This document shows positions 20,126 through 29,422 of a stretch of 64,000 nucleotides of DNA, one piece after another; within the stretch, counting starts at the first letter, position 1; each line of letters opens with the position of its first letter. Under the pieces are notes generated by a model, which was not told the DNA's origin, did no database searches, and saw nothing but the letters and a program-made list of their open reading frames with translations. The stretch comes from an uncultured Marinovum sp. (GTDB lineage Bacteria > Pseudomonadota > Alphaproteobacteria > Rhodobacterales > Rhodobacteraceae). Location of the stretch: contig CAYMIR010000001.1 of NCBI GenBank assembly GCA_964390655.1, positions 302-64,301 of the forward strand, written 5' to 3'. Both the position numbers and the translations under genes were made by a program.

Positions 20126-20386
20126 TTATATTTTTGACCAGGGAAAAGGTTTATAGTCGCTGGCTAATAACATAAATTGTATCGCTTGACCAAACCAGTT
20201 CTTAAGTCCAGATGCTAGATCTGCAATAAATGAATTCTTTTCTTTGGTGATAAGTAACCAAAAAAATTGAACAAAAGCTAAAAAACCAATAATGGTGAGG
20301 CCCAGGTTTATTAGTAAACCGAATAGAAGCATTTGTATGCCGCGAATTAAAATAATTCTTCTATTTTGAGCGCTAGAACTTTCCAT
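20126..20386 (-). CDS. DUF4389-like small membrane protein
   Basis: VQFFWLLITKEKN...KPFPW pattern. AGGAGAG RBS upstream. Confidence 0.75.
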   Translation of the reverse strand: MESSSAQNRRIILIRGIQMLLFGLLINLGLTIIGFLAFVQFFWLLITKEKNSFIADLASGLKNWFGQAIQFMLLASDYKPFPWSKI

Positions 20387-20481
20387 CTAAGTCTCTCCTA
20401 ACATATTGTGGTTGTTATATATAATGCGAAAAATTTGAAAAAGTTACTATTCGTACTATCTGTTTTCCATCGGAGAGTAAA

Positions 20482-20586
20482 ATGCGCAGAGTTAAAGACA
20501 TTGATTGCGAAAAATGCGGGCACGAGTTTAGTGCGAGTGAACATACACAATGCCCCAAGTGTATTAAGTTTGAAGAAAAAAAATAA
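20482..20586 (+). CDS. 34-aa zinc-ribbon microprotein (CxxC-x11-CPxC)
   Basis: MRRVKDIDCEKCGHEFSASEHTQCPKCIKFEEKK*. GGAGAG at 20472-20477. Below the ORF-track size cutoff. Confidence 0.7.
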   Translation: MRRVKDIDCEKCGHEFSASEHTQCPKCIKFEEKK

Positions 20587-20641
20587 GGATAAGCAGCAGC
20601 TTACTTTAAGTTTAAAACATAAATTAGGTTTGGGACGGGCT

Positions 20642-20875
20642 TTACACAGACCCAGCTAAATTAGGATTTATTATTTCTCTAATCATTTCGTGATTAGATT
20701 TTTTATTGTCGGCTCTATCTAAGTCTTCGCGAACACCGTTTACGATTTCACTTACAAAACTTGCTCTGGACAGTCCTATATCGTCTAGTTGACTGTCTGA
20801 AAGTGTACTTAACGTTTCTTTGGCTGCACTTGCTGCTCGACTCAGGACCATCACTTTATATATTTTTTTAAGCAT
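20642..20875 (-). CDS. DUF1127-family small protein
   Basis: LSTLSDSQLDDIGLSR core motif, C-terminal NPNLAGSV, AAGGAAAAGG upstream. Confidence 0.8.
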   Translation of the reverse strand: MLKKIYKVMVLSRAASAAKETLSTLSDSQLDDIGLSRASFVSEIVNGVREDLDRADNKKSNHEMIREIINPNLAGSV

Positions 20876-21108
20876 ACCTTTTCCTTTTCTGATATGCTGA
20901 AATATGCAGTTTATTTTATTCTTTTACTTCAGATAAATTAGTATTTCCGCTATGCGTGAAGTACATACCTAGCTAGATAAATTTATAGCTTGAGTAAACT
21001 GAGCGTTTTTCTTAACCACGTATTTGCAAAAATAATACTTTTAAACAGTTCGAAAAAAACCCAAACTTCTGCTCTGATTTTTTTCTTTAATCAAAAGGTT
21101 AAGTGAAG

Positions 21109-21183
21109 TGGTAGCCCGTAGGGGAATCGAACCCCTCTTTCCAGGTTGAAAACCTGGCGTCCTAACCGATAGACGAACGGGCC
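21109..21183 (-). tRNA. tRNA-Glu (TTC)
   Basis: GGCCCGT acceptor stem, anticodon arm CCAGG-TTTTCAA-CCTGG, GGTTCGATTCC T-arm, encoded CCA. Confidence 0.97.
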
Positions 21184-21273
21184 ACATAGTGGTGAAGCGG
21201 TTTTTATGCAATGAACTAAAAAGGCGCAAGTCAAAAAAATGAATTTTTAGAAATTCTTTCGTTTTACGGAGAA

Positions 21274-23013
21274 TTAAACGGCAAACTGTGCATCTTCTAC
21301 ACGCAATTGAACACTTCTCTTGCCACGCCATTGGTTTATATCAAGTTTTCCACAAAGATGTATTTCCCGTCCCCTATGGTTTTCAAGAGCCGGTCCAATT
21401 TCAGTATCAAATGCATTAAAGCAAATTCCATCTAAAGATCCAGTACTATCGCCGAACTTAATTCGCAGATGAGAAGTTCCAATACGCTTAAAATAGGTAA
21501 TTTGCATGTTTGCGAAAACAAATGTTGGTGCTTTTGCGCCTGGACCATATGGGCCAGCAGAATTTAATGACTCAACAAGCTCTAATGTTGCTGCGCTAGG
21601 TAATAGCAATGTATCTATGAATACTTTTGGTGAGCTATCTATTGTAGCGCCTTGCTGCTTAATGATTTCATCAAGACGATACATAGCTTTCTCTAAATTT
21701 TCTTTTTCCACGCTAAGCCCTACGGCCATTTTATGCCCACCCCCAGTCAGTAATAATCCCTCACTTACTAATTTTTGAATAGCAAAGCCAAGGTCCACAC
21801 CAGAAACAGATCTTCCAGAGCCTTTTCCGATTAACCCATCAAAACCAATTACTATGGAAGGTAGGTTAGTGGCTTCTTTAAGGCGCGAAGCGACAATTCC
21901 CACAACCCCAGGGTGCCATGATTCCCCTGCAGCCCAAGCAAGTGACTCAAAAGATTTTTGATTAATTGCTTGTTCTAGTGCTGCCTCTTTGATTTGCTTT
22001 TCAAGCTCGCGACGCTCAAAATTAAGCTGATCTAAACGCTCGGCAATTGCTTTGGCTGCTTCAAGATCTTGTGCAATTAACAGTTGAGCGCCCAAGTCTG
22101 GTTTTCCTATTCTTCCTCCAGCGTTTATTCGAGGGCCTAATAAAAACCCTAAATGGTAAGAAGAAAGCTCTTGGTCAATTTTTATCTGGTCTGACAAAGC
22201 CGCAAGCCCTATCCTTTTTCTACCAGCTAGAATTTTTAAACCTTGTCTTACAAAAGCCCTATTTACTCCAACTAAAGGAGCAACATCAGCGACGGTAGCG
22301 AGGGCTACCAGATCTAGCATATTTATTAAATCAGGGGAGTCCTCCGCATTCATTCTTAGAAGGCGACGCATTTCTACCAAGCATAAAAAAACAACTGCAG
22401 CTGCACATAGATGACTTAAATCCCCTAACTCATCTTGCCTATTTGGATTCACAACTGCATAACACTTAGGTAATATTTCGCTAGCCAAATGATGGTCTAA
22501 AACTATGAGATCAGATGCATTTAAGTTTTCTATTGCCTGGTGGCTAAGAGTTCCACAATCCACGCAAATAATTAGAGAATGTGTACTTTCTAACAACTGC
22601 AATGCTTTAATATTGGGTCCAAAACCTTCTTTGACCCTATCAGGTACGTAGAGAGTACATTCAATATTAAAAAATCGAAACCAATCTATCAAAAGGGCTG
22701 CCGAGCAGCCGCCATCCACATCATAATCTGCAAAGATCGCAATTTTTTCTCCGGTTTTTACCGAGTGTAGAATCCTCTCTGCAGCTTTTGTCATGTCCTT
22801 TAATTTAGATGGTTCTGGCATCAATTCTTTTAGGGTAGGCTCAAGATATTTTGGTGCAGAATTCGTATCTATTTTCAAACGGCTTAAAACGGCGCACAGC
22901 GCAATGGGAAAACCCGTTTCTTGAAAAAGCTTTTCCTGATTTCTTTCTTGCTCAGAACTCGGTCCAATCCATTGCTTTCCTAAGATAGATTTTTCAATGC
23001 CAAGATAGCTCAA
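21274..23013 (-). CDS. recJ: ssDNA exonuclease RecJ
   Basis: DYDVDG, VDCG, DHH, GPRINAGGR, GGGH. Confidence 0.96.
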   Translation of the reverse strand: MSYLGIEKSILGKQWIGPSSEQERNQEKLFQETGFPIALCAVLSRLKIDTNSAPKYLEPTLKELMPEPSKLKDMTKAAERILHSVKTGEKIAIFADYDVDGGCSAALLIDWFRFFNIECTLYVPDRVKEGFGPNIKALQLLESTHSLIICVDCGTLSHQAIENLNASDLIVLDHHLASEILPKCYAVVNPNRQDELGDLSHLCAAAVVFLCLVEMRRLLRMNAEDSPDLINMLDLVALATVADVAPLVGVNRAFVRQGLKILAGRKRIGLAALSDQIKIDQELSSYHLGFLLGPRINAGGRIGKPDLGAQLLIAQDLEAAKAIAERLDQLNFERRELEKQIKEAALEQAINQKSFESLAWAAGESWHPGVVGIVASRLKEATNLPSIVIGFDGLIGKGSGRSVSGVDLGFAIQKLVSEGLLLTGGGHKMAVGLSVEKENLEKAMYRLDEIIKQQGATIDSSPKVFIDTLLLPSAATLELVESLNSAGPYGPGAKAPTFVFANMQITYFKRIGTSHLRIKFGDSTGSLDGICFNAFDTEIGPALENHRGREIHLCGKLDINQWRGKRSVQLRVEDAQFAV

Positions 23014-23019
23014 TTTTAT

Positions 23020-23985
23020 CTATTTCGTTGGGTTTCTATAAATCATTCGGCGTATTGACCTTGTTTTAGACCTCATAAGCAAAGTTTCGGTGGTGATAAA
23101 ACCCACTTCTCTTTTTATCGCGGGAAGTAAAGATCCGCCAGTAACACCAGTTGCTGCGAAAATAACGTCCTGTGTGACCATTTCGTCTTTCGTATAAATA
23201 CGATCAAAATTGGTTATACCTGCTTTAATAGCACGGGCTTTCTCGTCTTCATTACGAAAAATAAGCCGCCCGTAGATTTGCCCACCCATACATTTCAAAG
23301 CGGCAGCAGCAAGTACGCCTTCCGGAGCTCCGCCAATTCCCATGTACATATCAATTCCAGTGATGTCTGGTTCTGCGCAATGCATGACGCCTGCCACGTC
23401 GCCATCGGTAATTAGGCGAATGGCAGCACCTGTAGCGCGCACACCTTCAATAATATTTTGGTGTCGTGGCCTATCCAGAACGCATACTGTGATATCTTTA
23501 GGATTACATTTTTTTGCTTTAGCCAGTGAGAGAATACGGTCACGGGGAGACATGTCTAAAGTCACTACATCAGGTTTATAACCCGGTCCAATTGCCAGTT
23601 TTTCCATATAAACATCAGGAGCGTGTAACATTGACCCGCGTGGTCCCATTGCTATAACCGTTAGTGCATTGGGCATATCTTTGGCGGTTAGGGTTGTCCC
23701 TTCAAGCGGGTCAAGGGCAATATCTACGCCGGGACCATCCCCAGTTCCAACCTCCTCTCCAATATAAAGCATAGGTGCTTCATCTCTTTCACCCTCACCA
23801 ATGACAACAAAACCAGAAATATCCAATTTATTTAATTGATCTCGCATTGCATTTACTGCCGCTTGATCTGCCGCTTTTTCGTCGCCCCTACCTATCAGGT
23901 CTGCAGACGCTATTGCAGCTGCTTCAGAAACACGAGCTAAACCCAAAGACAACATACGATCATTAAAATCTATTTTAGAATTCAT
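23020..23985 (-). CDS. glpX: Class II fructose-1,6-bisphosphatase
   Basis: IGEGERDEAPMLYIGE, DPLEGT, GGAPEGV. Confidence 0.96.
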   Translation of the reverse strand: MNSKIDFNDRMLSLGLARVSEAAAIASADLIGRGDEKAADQAAVNAMRDQLNKLDISGFVVIGEGERDEAPMLYIGEEVGTGDGPGVDIALDPLEGTTLTAKDMPNALTVIAMGPRGSMLHAPDVYMEKLAIGPGYKPDVVTLDMSPRDRILSLAKAKKCNPKDITVCVLDRPRHQNIIEGVRATGAAIRLITDGDVAGVMHCAEPDITGIDMYMGIGGAPEGVLAAAALKCMGGQIYGRLIFRNEDEKARAIKAGITNFDRIYTKDEMVTQDVIFAATGVTGGSLLPAIKREVGFITTETLLMRSKTRSIRRMIYRNPTK

Positions 23986-24010
23986 AATTTTTGTCCTAAC
24001 AGTAGATACC

Positions 24011-25297
24011 TCATACCGCTTCTATTCTAATTGCTAGTGGTTGAGCTTTCAAAACCTTTGTTTTCGGTAGTTCTTTGATCGCTGTCATTAAATCCTCGTG
24101 ACTGATCTCATGCGTGACTATTAGAACAGGGGCATTTTCATCTTCATGACCATACTGGCGCATACGATCAATAGAGACGTTAAATTGACTTAGAATTTTA
24201 GTTATTTTAGCAAGTGCTCCCGGCTCATCATGAAGGAGCATTCTCAGGTAATAAGGTGCGGGTGTTTGTGATTTTGAAGACGAAGTTTTCATAAGTGTTT
24301 TTGCTGGCTGGCCAAAGGGTGCTACACTGATCCCGCGAGCTAGATCCATTAAATCCGCTATTACAGCACTCGCAGTTGGTCCTTCACCCGCGCCAGCTCC
24401 GCGAAGTACAATCTGACCGACTTGGTCGCCTTCTATCACTATCATGTTAGTTCCCCCTTCTAGTTGGCCTAAAGGAGAAATAGTAGGAACCAGGCATGGA
24501 CTCATTCTCTGTTCCAACCCGCTACTGGTCATTTGACTTACGCCTAACAGCTTTATTTTAAACCCCATGTCTGCGGCTTGATGAATGTCGTTGAGTGTTA
24601 TTTTATCTATGCCGTCTAATTCAACTCCATTGAAGTTTATCTCTGTGCCAAAAGCAATTGATGACAGTATTGAAAGTTTATGGGCAGCATCTATCCCTCC
24701 AATATCCAGATTGGGATCTGCCTCTAAATAGCCTAATTCATCAGCTTCTGAAAAAACTTCTTCATAATTTAATCCTGACGTTTCCATTCTCGTTAAAATA
24801 TAATTACAGGTCCCGTTCATAACGCCCATTATTCTGTTGATAGAATTACCTGCTAGGCCTTCGGTCAAAGACTTAATAACTGGAATACCGCCAGCAACGG
24901 CAGCTTCAAATCTTAAAATTGATCCATTTTCTTCTGCTTTTAATGCTAACTTATGGCCGTGATGAGCTAAAAGAGCTTTATTAGCTGTAATAACATTTTT
25001 TCCTTTACTTATTGCGGCTTCTACGGCGTCTTTGGCAGCACCTTCGTGACCTCCAATAAGCTCAATGAAAACGTCAATGTCTTCCCGGCTAGCAAGAGCA
25101 ACAGGATCATTTTCCCAGTCATAAGAAGATAGATCTACTCCTCTATCTTTAGTTTTAGATCTTGCTGTTACAGCAGAAATTAAAATTTGCTTTCCTGTTC
25201 TGACTTCTAAAAGAGATAGCTTATTTTGAATTATTTTAATTACGCCAACGCCTACAGTGCCTAACCCAGCAATACCAAGCCTTAAGGGTTTAGTCAT
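24011..25297 (-). CDS. hom: Homoserine dehydrogenase with ACT domain
   Basis: GLGTVG, EAAVAGGIP, NGTCNYIL, GAGEGPTASA. Confidence 0.96.
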   Translation of the reverse strand: MTKPLRLGIAGLGTVGVGVIKIIQNKLSLLEVRTGKQILISAVTARSKTKDRGVDLSSYDWENDPVALASREDIDVFIELIGGHEGAAKDAVEAAISKGKNVITANKALLAHHGHKLALKAEENGSILRFEAAVAGGIPVIKSLTEGLAGNSINRIMGVMNGTCNYILTRMETSGLNYEEVFSEADELGYLEADPNLDIGGIDAAHKLSILSSIAFGTEINFNGVELDGIDKITLNDIHQAADMGFKIKLLGVSQMTSSGLEQRMSPCLVPTISPLGQLEGGTNMIVIEGDQVGQIVLRGAGAGEGPTASAVIADLMDLARGISVAPFGQPAKTLMKTSSSKSQTPAPYYLRMLLHDEPGALAKITKILSQFNVSIDRMRQYGHEDENAPVLIVTHEISHEDLMTAIKELPKTKVLKAQPLAIRIEAV

Positions 25298-25401
25298 TTC
25301 CTATCCTTCTCAAAAGCTATTAGTGCGGCCGGTGTATATTGAGATAACATTCCTTGCAATCTATTAGATCTCTTACATCCTGCTATATTCAGGGTTTTTT
25401 T

Positions 25402-25415
25402 TGAACAATTGTTCA
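25402..25415. promoter_or_regulatory. Perfect 14-bp palindrome TGAACAATTGTTCA, probable TetR auto-operator
   Basis: Ends 14 nt before the TetR ATG, in the divergent hom/TetR spacer. Confidence 0.6.
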
Positions 25416-25429
25416 GTTAATATCCAGAC

Positions 25430-26014
25430 ATGGCTCGAACTTTAGGATCTTACGCAAAGCTTACAAAGCCCAAAATCAGCGAGATTGCATTACATCTTTT
25501 TGCTGAGCGAGGTTATGCAGCCGTCTCTATGAGACAAATTGCTTCTAAAGTTGGCCTTCAAGTTGGTGCTTTGTATAACTATTTTCCAGATAAACAGACA
25601 ATTTTATCCGAATTATTAATAAATCATATGGAAAACCTGTTACAAACTTGGCATAGACAAAAATTACCTGAAAAATCTGATAAATTATTGGAATTTTTTG
25701 TGGATTTTCACATTGAGTATCATATTAACCGCCCAGAAGAAGTTTTTATTGCATACATGGAGCTTCGAAATTTAAGCCCTGAAAATTTTGAAAAAATTGA
25801 AAATCTTAGAAATAAATATGAGCTCGTACTGAGCAAGATTTTAAGCGACGGAGTAAATAAAAATTTATTTGCATGCGAAGAGACTAAAATAGCAAGTCTC
25901 GCAATTATCGGTATGCTCAAAGAAGTGAATACTTGGTATAAAAAAGATGGTAGAATTTCGGTACCAGAGATTAAAAAAATTTATCAGCAGATTGTTTTAA
26001 AAGCTGTGACTTAA
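25430..26014 (+). CDS. TetR/AcrR-family regulator
   Basis: LFAERGYAAVSMRQIASKVGLQVGALYNYFPDK HTH. Confidence 0.93.
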   Translation: MARTLGSYAKLTKPKISEIALHLFAERGYAAVSMRQIASKVGLQVGALYNYFPDKQTILSELLINHMENLLQTWHRQKLPEKSDKLLEFFVDFHIEYHINRPEEVFIAYMELRNLSPENFEKIENLRNKYELVLSKILSDGVNKNLFACEETKIASLAIIGMLKEVNTWYKKDGRISVPEIKKIYQQIVLKAVT

Positions 26015-26106
26015 ATAAAATTTTTTAAGATAACTGTCGCGTTTTCACTTAACTGATTTTTAAATTTCATATAAAATAAATGAATTCTTGGTGAAGGTTA
26101 TGAAAT

Positions 26107-27045
26107 ATGCATGTTGGATTTATTGGCTTAGGAAATGTAGGTGGTAAATTAGCGGGAAGTCTCTTACGCAATGGTATTAAACTCTCAGTTTACGATCTTG
26201 ACGAGGCTTTAGTAAAAAAATTTGCAAATAGGGGCGCAAACGATGGAAAAAATCCACAAAATACTATGCAGGCATGCGATGTGATAATCACCTGTTTGCC
26301 TAGTCCGAGTGCATCAAATGAAGTTATGCAACAGATGATTGATTTTGTAACCCCAGGTAAAGTTTGGATTGAAATGTCAACTACGGACGAAGCCGAGGTA
26401 AGGAGGTTGGGAGCGTTAGTGATGGATAAAGGCGGAGCTGCTGTCGATTGTCCTGTATCTGGCGGTTGCCATAGAGCTGATACGGGAAATATAAGTATTT
26501 TTTCCGGATGTGACCGATCAACTTTTGAATATATTCTGCCACTCTTAACAAAAATGGGGCGTAGAGTATTGCATACTGGGGAGTTAGGGTCGGCTAGCAT
26601 ATTGAAGGTTATTACAAATTATCTTGCGACTGCAAATCTTGTTTCTTGTGCAGAAGCATTAACTGTAGCTAAAGGTGCTGGAATGGATTTAAGTGTTGCT
26701 TATAAAGCTTTCTCTATTTCTTCTGGTAACTCATTTGTTAATGAAACTGAAAGCCAAGTAATATTAAATGGAAGTAGAGATATTTCATTCACCATGGATT
26801 TAGTCGCCAAAGATATAGGCTTGTTTCAAGCTGTGGCTGATCGTGCAAAAATACCTTTGGAGTTGAACCCTTTGTTAATTTCAATATTTGCCGATGGAAT
26901 ACAACGGTTTGGTCCAAGAGAATTATCTCCCAATATTATAAAGAGACTTGAAGAAACTACAGGTCTAGATATTCGCGCTGCCGGTTTTCCAGCCCAAATT
27001 ATAGACGATGAACCTGAAGAAATTGGCTACGAAGTGACCGTATGA
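26107..27045 (+). CDS. Beta-hydroxyacid dehydrogenase family NAD(P) oxidoreductase
   Basis: GFIGLGNVG, DCPVSGG, catalytic KVITN, KDIGL. Confidence 0.85.
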   Translation: MHVGFIGLGNVGGKLAGSLLRNGIKLSVYDLDEALVKKFANRGANDGKNPQNTMQACDVIITCLPSPSASNEVMQQMIDFVTPGKVWIEMSTTDEAEVRRLGALVMDKGGAAVDCPVSGGCHRADTGNISIFSGCDRSTFEYILPLLTKMGRRVLHTGELGSASILKVITNYLATANLVSCAEALTVAKGAGMDLSVAYKAFSISSGNSFVNETESQVILNGSRDISFTMDLVAKDIGLFQAVADRAKIPLELNPLLISIFADGIQRFGPRELSPNIIKRLEETTGLDIRAAGFPAQIIDDEPEEIGYEVTV

Positions 27046-27067
27046 AGTTTTTTAATGAGAATGCGCT

Positions 27068-27625
27068 TTATGACCTGCGCCTGTCGCGGCGACTATTCAT
27101 AGGCTGGAAAGCTACGCCAACATGAGCTTCACAGTAAGGTTTTCCTGATTGAGTGGCCAGCCCACAAAACCAAAACTCTTCTGTTGCAGGATCGCCAACT
27201 GGCCATTTGCATGTTTTTTCTGTGAGCTCCAGTAGGCTTAATTTTTTTGCCTTTTTTTCTATTTCACTTACACGCGCTAAAGCTTCAGGACTTATTTCGT
27301 TTGCTGATGGTTGCGGTGGAAGCGGTTGGCCGGCCGGAATTATTTGACGCCTTAGGGAAGTAACATTGTCTGACTTTGGTTCTGAGACTTCAATCTTCCG
27401 AGTTTTTTGCTTAGCCTTAGAGCTGCTCTTAGGGACTGACTTTGCGTTTGAATCCGCTTTTTTAGAAGTGCTTGTTGTCGCTCTGTTGGACAAACCCAAG
27501 CGGTGAACTTTTCCAATAACCGCATTTCTTGTAACGCCGCCAAGTTCCTTAGCTATCTGACTTGCAGAATTGCCCTCAGCCCACATTTTAGTCAATATTT
27601 CAACGCGTTCATCGGTCCAAGACAT
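27068..27625 (-). CDS. gcrA: Cell-cycle regulator GcrA
   Basis: MSWTDERVE, GVTRNAVIGKVHRLGL, CKWPVGDP, PYCEAH. Confidence 0.96.
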   Translation of the reverse strand: MSWTDERVEILTKMWAEGNSASQIAKELGGVTRNAVIGKVHRLGLSNRATTSTSKKADSNAKSVPKSSSKAKQKTRKIEVSEPKSDNVTSLRRQIIPAGQPLPPQPSANEISPEALARVSEIEKKAKKLSLLELTEKTCKWPVGDPATEEFWFCGLATQSGKPYCEAHVGVAFQPMNSRRDRRRS

Positions 27626-27731
27626 TTGTATCCCTCAATTTTCTAGTAGCGTATAATAGTTAAACCGGCAGGAGATACAAGGTGTTCAATTCGTTTTAGG
27701 TCCAAAAATAAAAAGATTTATTGAACTTATG

Positions 27732-28445
27732 CTACCTATTTTTAACACTCGGTATGACTTGTTGTAGTGCGCCGGCCAATACTAAATATAACGAACAAAA
27801 AATAAGGCCATAAATTGCTAAACTGTTAGGATCAAAATTAACCCAAGCAGCCCATGCTCCAAATCCAGTCCACAATAATGCTATTGGCAAGCTTACAACC
27901 CTCCACCTGACGGTTCGAACTGGGTGTATGAATTTAATCTGTAAAAACATTGATAATGCCAAAATTGCAACTATTGCAATTATAAGCCAAAAACTTGGTT
28001 TAATGGCAAACAGCACGAGGATTACCATGTTCCAGCAGCCAGGGAAGCCCTGAAAACTGTTGTCTTTTGTTTTCATATTACTATCACAAAAGTACATAGC
28101 TGAAGAGAAAGTTATTATTATGATAACGAACCATCCTGTCCATCCAGGTAGTAGACCAGATTTGAAAAGAGCAAAAGCGGGAATAAAGACATACGTTAAA
28201 TAGTCTATTATTAAATCAAGTAAATTTCCGTCAAAACGAGGAGCATTTTTTTTAACATCAAAATGACGAGCTAATGGGCCATCTATTCCGTCAACTGCGA
28301 AGGCAACTACAAGCCATAGGAACATCAAACTCCACTTTTCATCTGCTGCCGCAAGCATGGCTAGCATAGCAAAAACAGCTCCAGTTGCGGTGAAAAAGTG
28401 AACCAATAAAGCTGTAAATCTTTCTTTTGATGCTCGGATTTCCAT
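27732..28445 (-). CDS. pcs: Phosphatidylcholine synthase
   Basis: VHFFTATG, DGIDGPLAR, DGNLLDLIIDYLTYVFIPA, FQGFP. Confidence 0.9.
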   Translation of the reverse strand: MEIRASKERFTALLVHFFTATGAVFAMLAMLAAADEKWSLMFLWLVVAFAVDGIDGPLARHFDVKKNAPRFDGNLLDLIIDYLTYVFIPAFALFKSGLLPGWTGWFVIIIITFSSAMYFCDSNMKTKDNSFQGFPGCWNMVILVLFAIKPSFWLIIAIVAILALSMFLQIKFIHPVRTVRWRVVSLPIALLWTGFGAWAAWVNFDPNSLAIYGLIFCSLYLVLAGALQQVIPSVKNR

Positions 28446-28471
28446 TAATTTTCAAATTTCCAATATAAAAA

Positions 28472-29422
28472 TCAAATTTTATTTATTTTCGATTTAGCTT
28501 TCGGGTGTGTTCTTGTATACACATCCATTAAGTGCGAAGAATCCATAGATGTATAAATTTGTGTTGTAGATAGGCTAGCATGTCCCAATAGTTCTTGGAT
28601 TGAGCGAAGGTCTGCGCCCGACGTTAAAAGATGAGTTGCAAAGCTGTGCCGCAATGAATGTGGAGTTGCATTTGCAGCTATTCCAAGTTTTTCACGTATC
28701 AATTTCATGACTAATTGTATTGACCTCGGATTTAAGCTGCCGCCCCTGACGCCTCTAAAGATATTATCGTTACTATTTAAAGTAAATGGTAACAGCTCAA
28801 GGTAGTTTTTTACAGCGTCTCTTGCTATTTGTAAGACCGGCACAACTCTAAATTTCTCACCTTTGCCTTTAATTTTTAAAGTATCTGTTAAAGGCATTTC
28901 ACGATACTTCAAACTGAGTGCTTCTGAAATTCGTAAACCACAACCATACAGTAATAGTAGTACTGCGGTATCCCTTGCGATTATCCATGGCTTATTTTCG
29001 CTTAAATCGGCACTGCTTGAAATTTCCTTTGCAGCTTCCTGTGAAAGCGCCCGGGGCAATTTTTTTTGAAATTTTGGAGCTTTTGTAATCAAAACCATAG
29101 TTGGATCAATGCCGCGTCTTTTTGCAAACCATTTGTAAAATGATTTCACTGATGAAAGTTGTCTTGCTATTGATCGAGAGGTTTTGCCTGATCTGCGGTT
29201 TTCTACCATCCAAGATCTCATAGAAGCTTGATCTATTGACTCAAGCTGTCTAATGCCACTCTTACCTCCATTAAGTAATGTTAAAAAGGAGAAAAAATCT
29301 ATTAGATCCCGTCTATATGCTGCTAAAGTATTTGAAGACGACCCCTCTAATGCAGATTTTAAATCAAGCCACTCGTTCAATAAGGTTAGTTGTACTGACG
29401 ATATGAGTTCTAGTTTAGCCAA
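28472..29422 (-). CDS. xerC: Tyrosine recombinase XerC
   Basis: GLRISE, KGKG, PHSLRHSFATHLL, LLGHASLSTTQIY. Downstream of DUF484. Confidence 0.9.
   Translation of the reverse strand: MAKLELISSVQLTLLNEWLDLKSALEGSSSNTLAAYRRDLIDFFSFLTLLNGGKSGIRQLESIDQASMRSWMVENRRSGKTSRSIARQLSSVKSFYKWFAKRRGIDPTMVLITKAPKFQKKLPRALSQEAAKEISSSADLSENKPWIIARDTAVLLLLYGCGLRISEALSLKYREMPLTDTLKIKGKGEKFRVVPVLQIARDAVKNYLELLPFTLNSNDNIFRGVRGGSLNPRSIQLVMKLIREKLGIAANATPHSLRHSFATHLLTSGADLRSIQELLGHASLSTTQIYTSMDSSHLMDVYTRTHPKAKSKINKI

Noticed and set aside
20408-20659. 83-aa ORF in the track
   Set aside because: GTG start without RBS, no motif, overlaps the DUF1127 gene end. The 34-aa Cys-motif ORF in another frame explains the region better.
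19180-21183. Integrative element at tRNA-Glu
   Set aside because: No integrase and no duplicated tRNA 3' end found by eye
21041-21331. 96-aa minus-strand ORF
   Set aside because: Runs through tRNA-Glu and the recJ 3' end; spurious
28472-29422. Tyrosine recombinase as a mobile-element integrase
   Set aside because: Sequence and DUF484 linkage indicate housekeeping XerC
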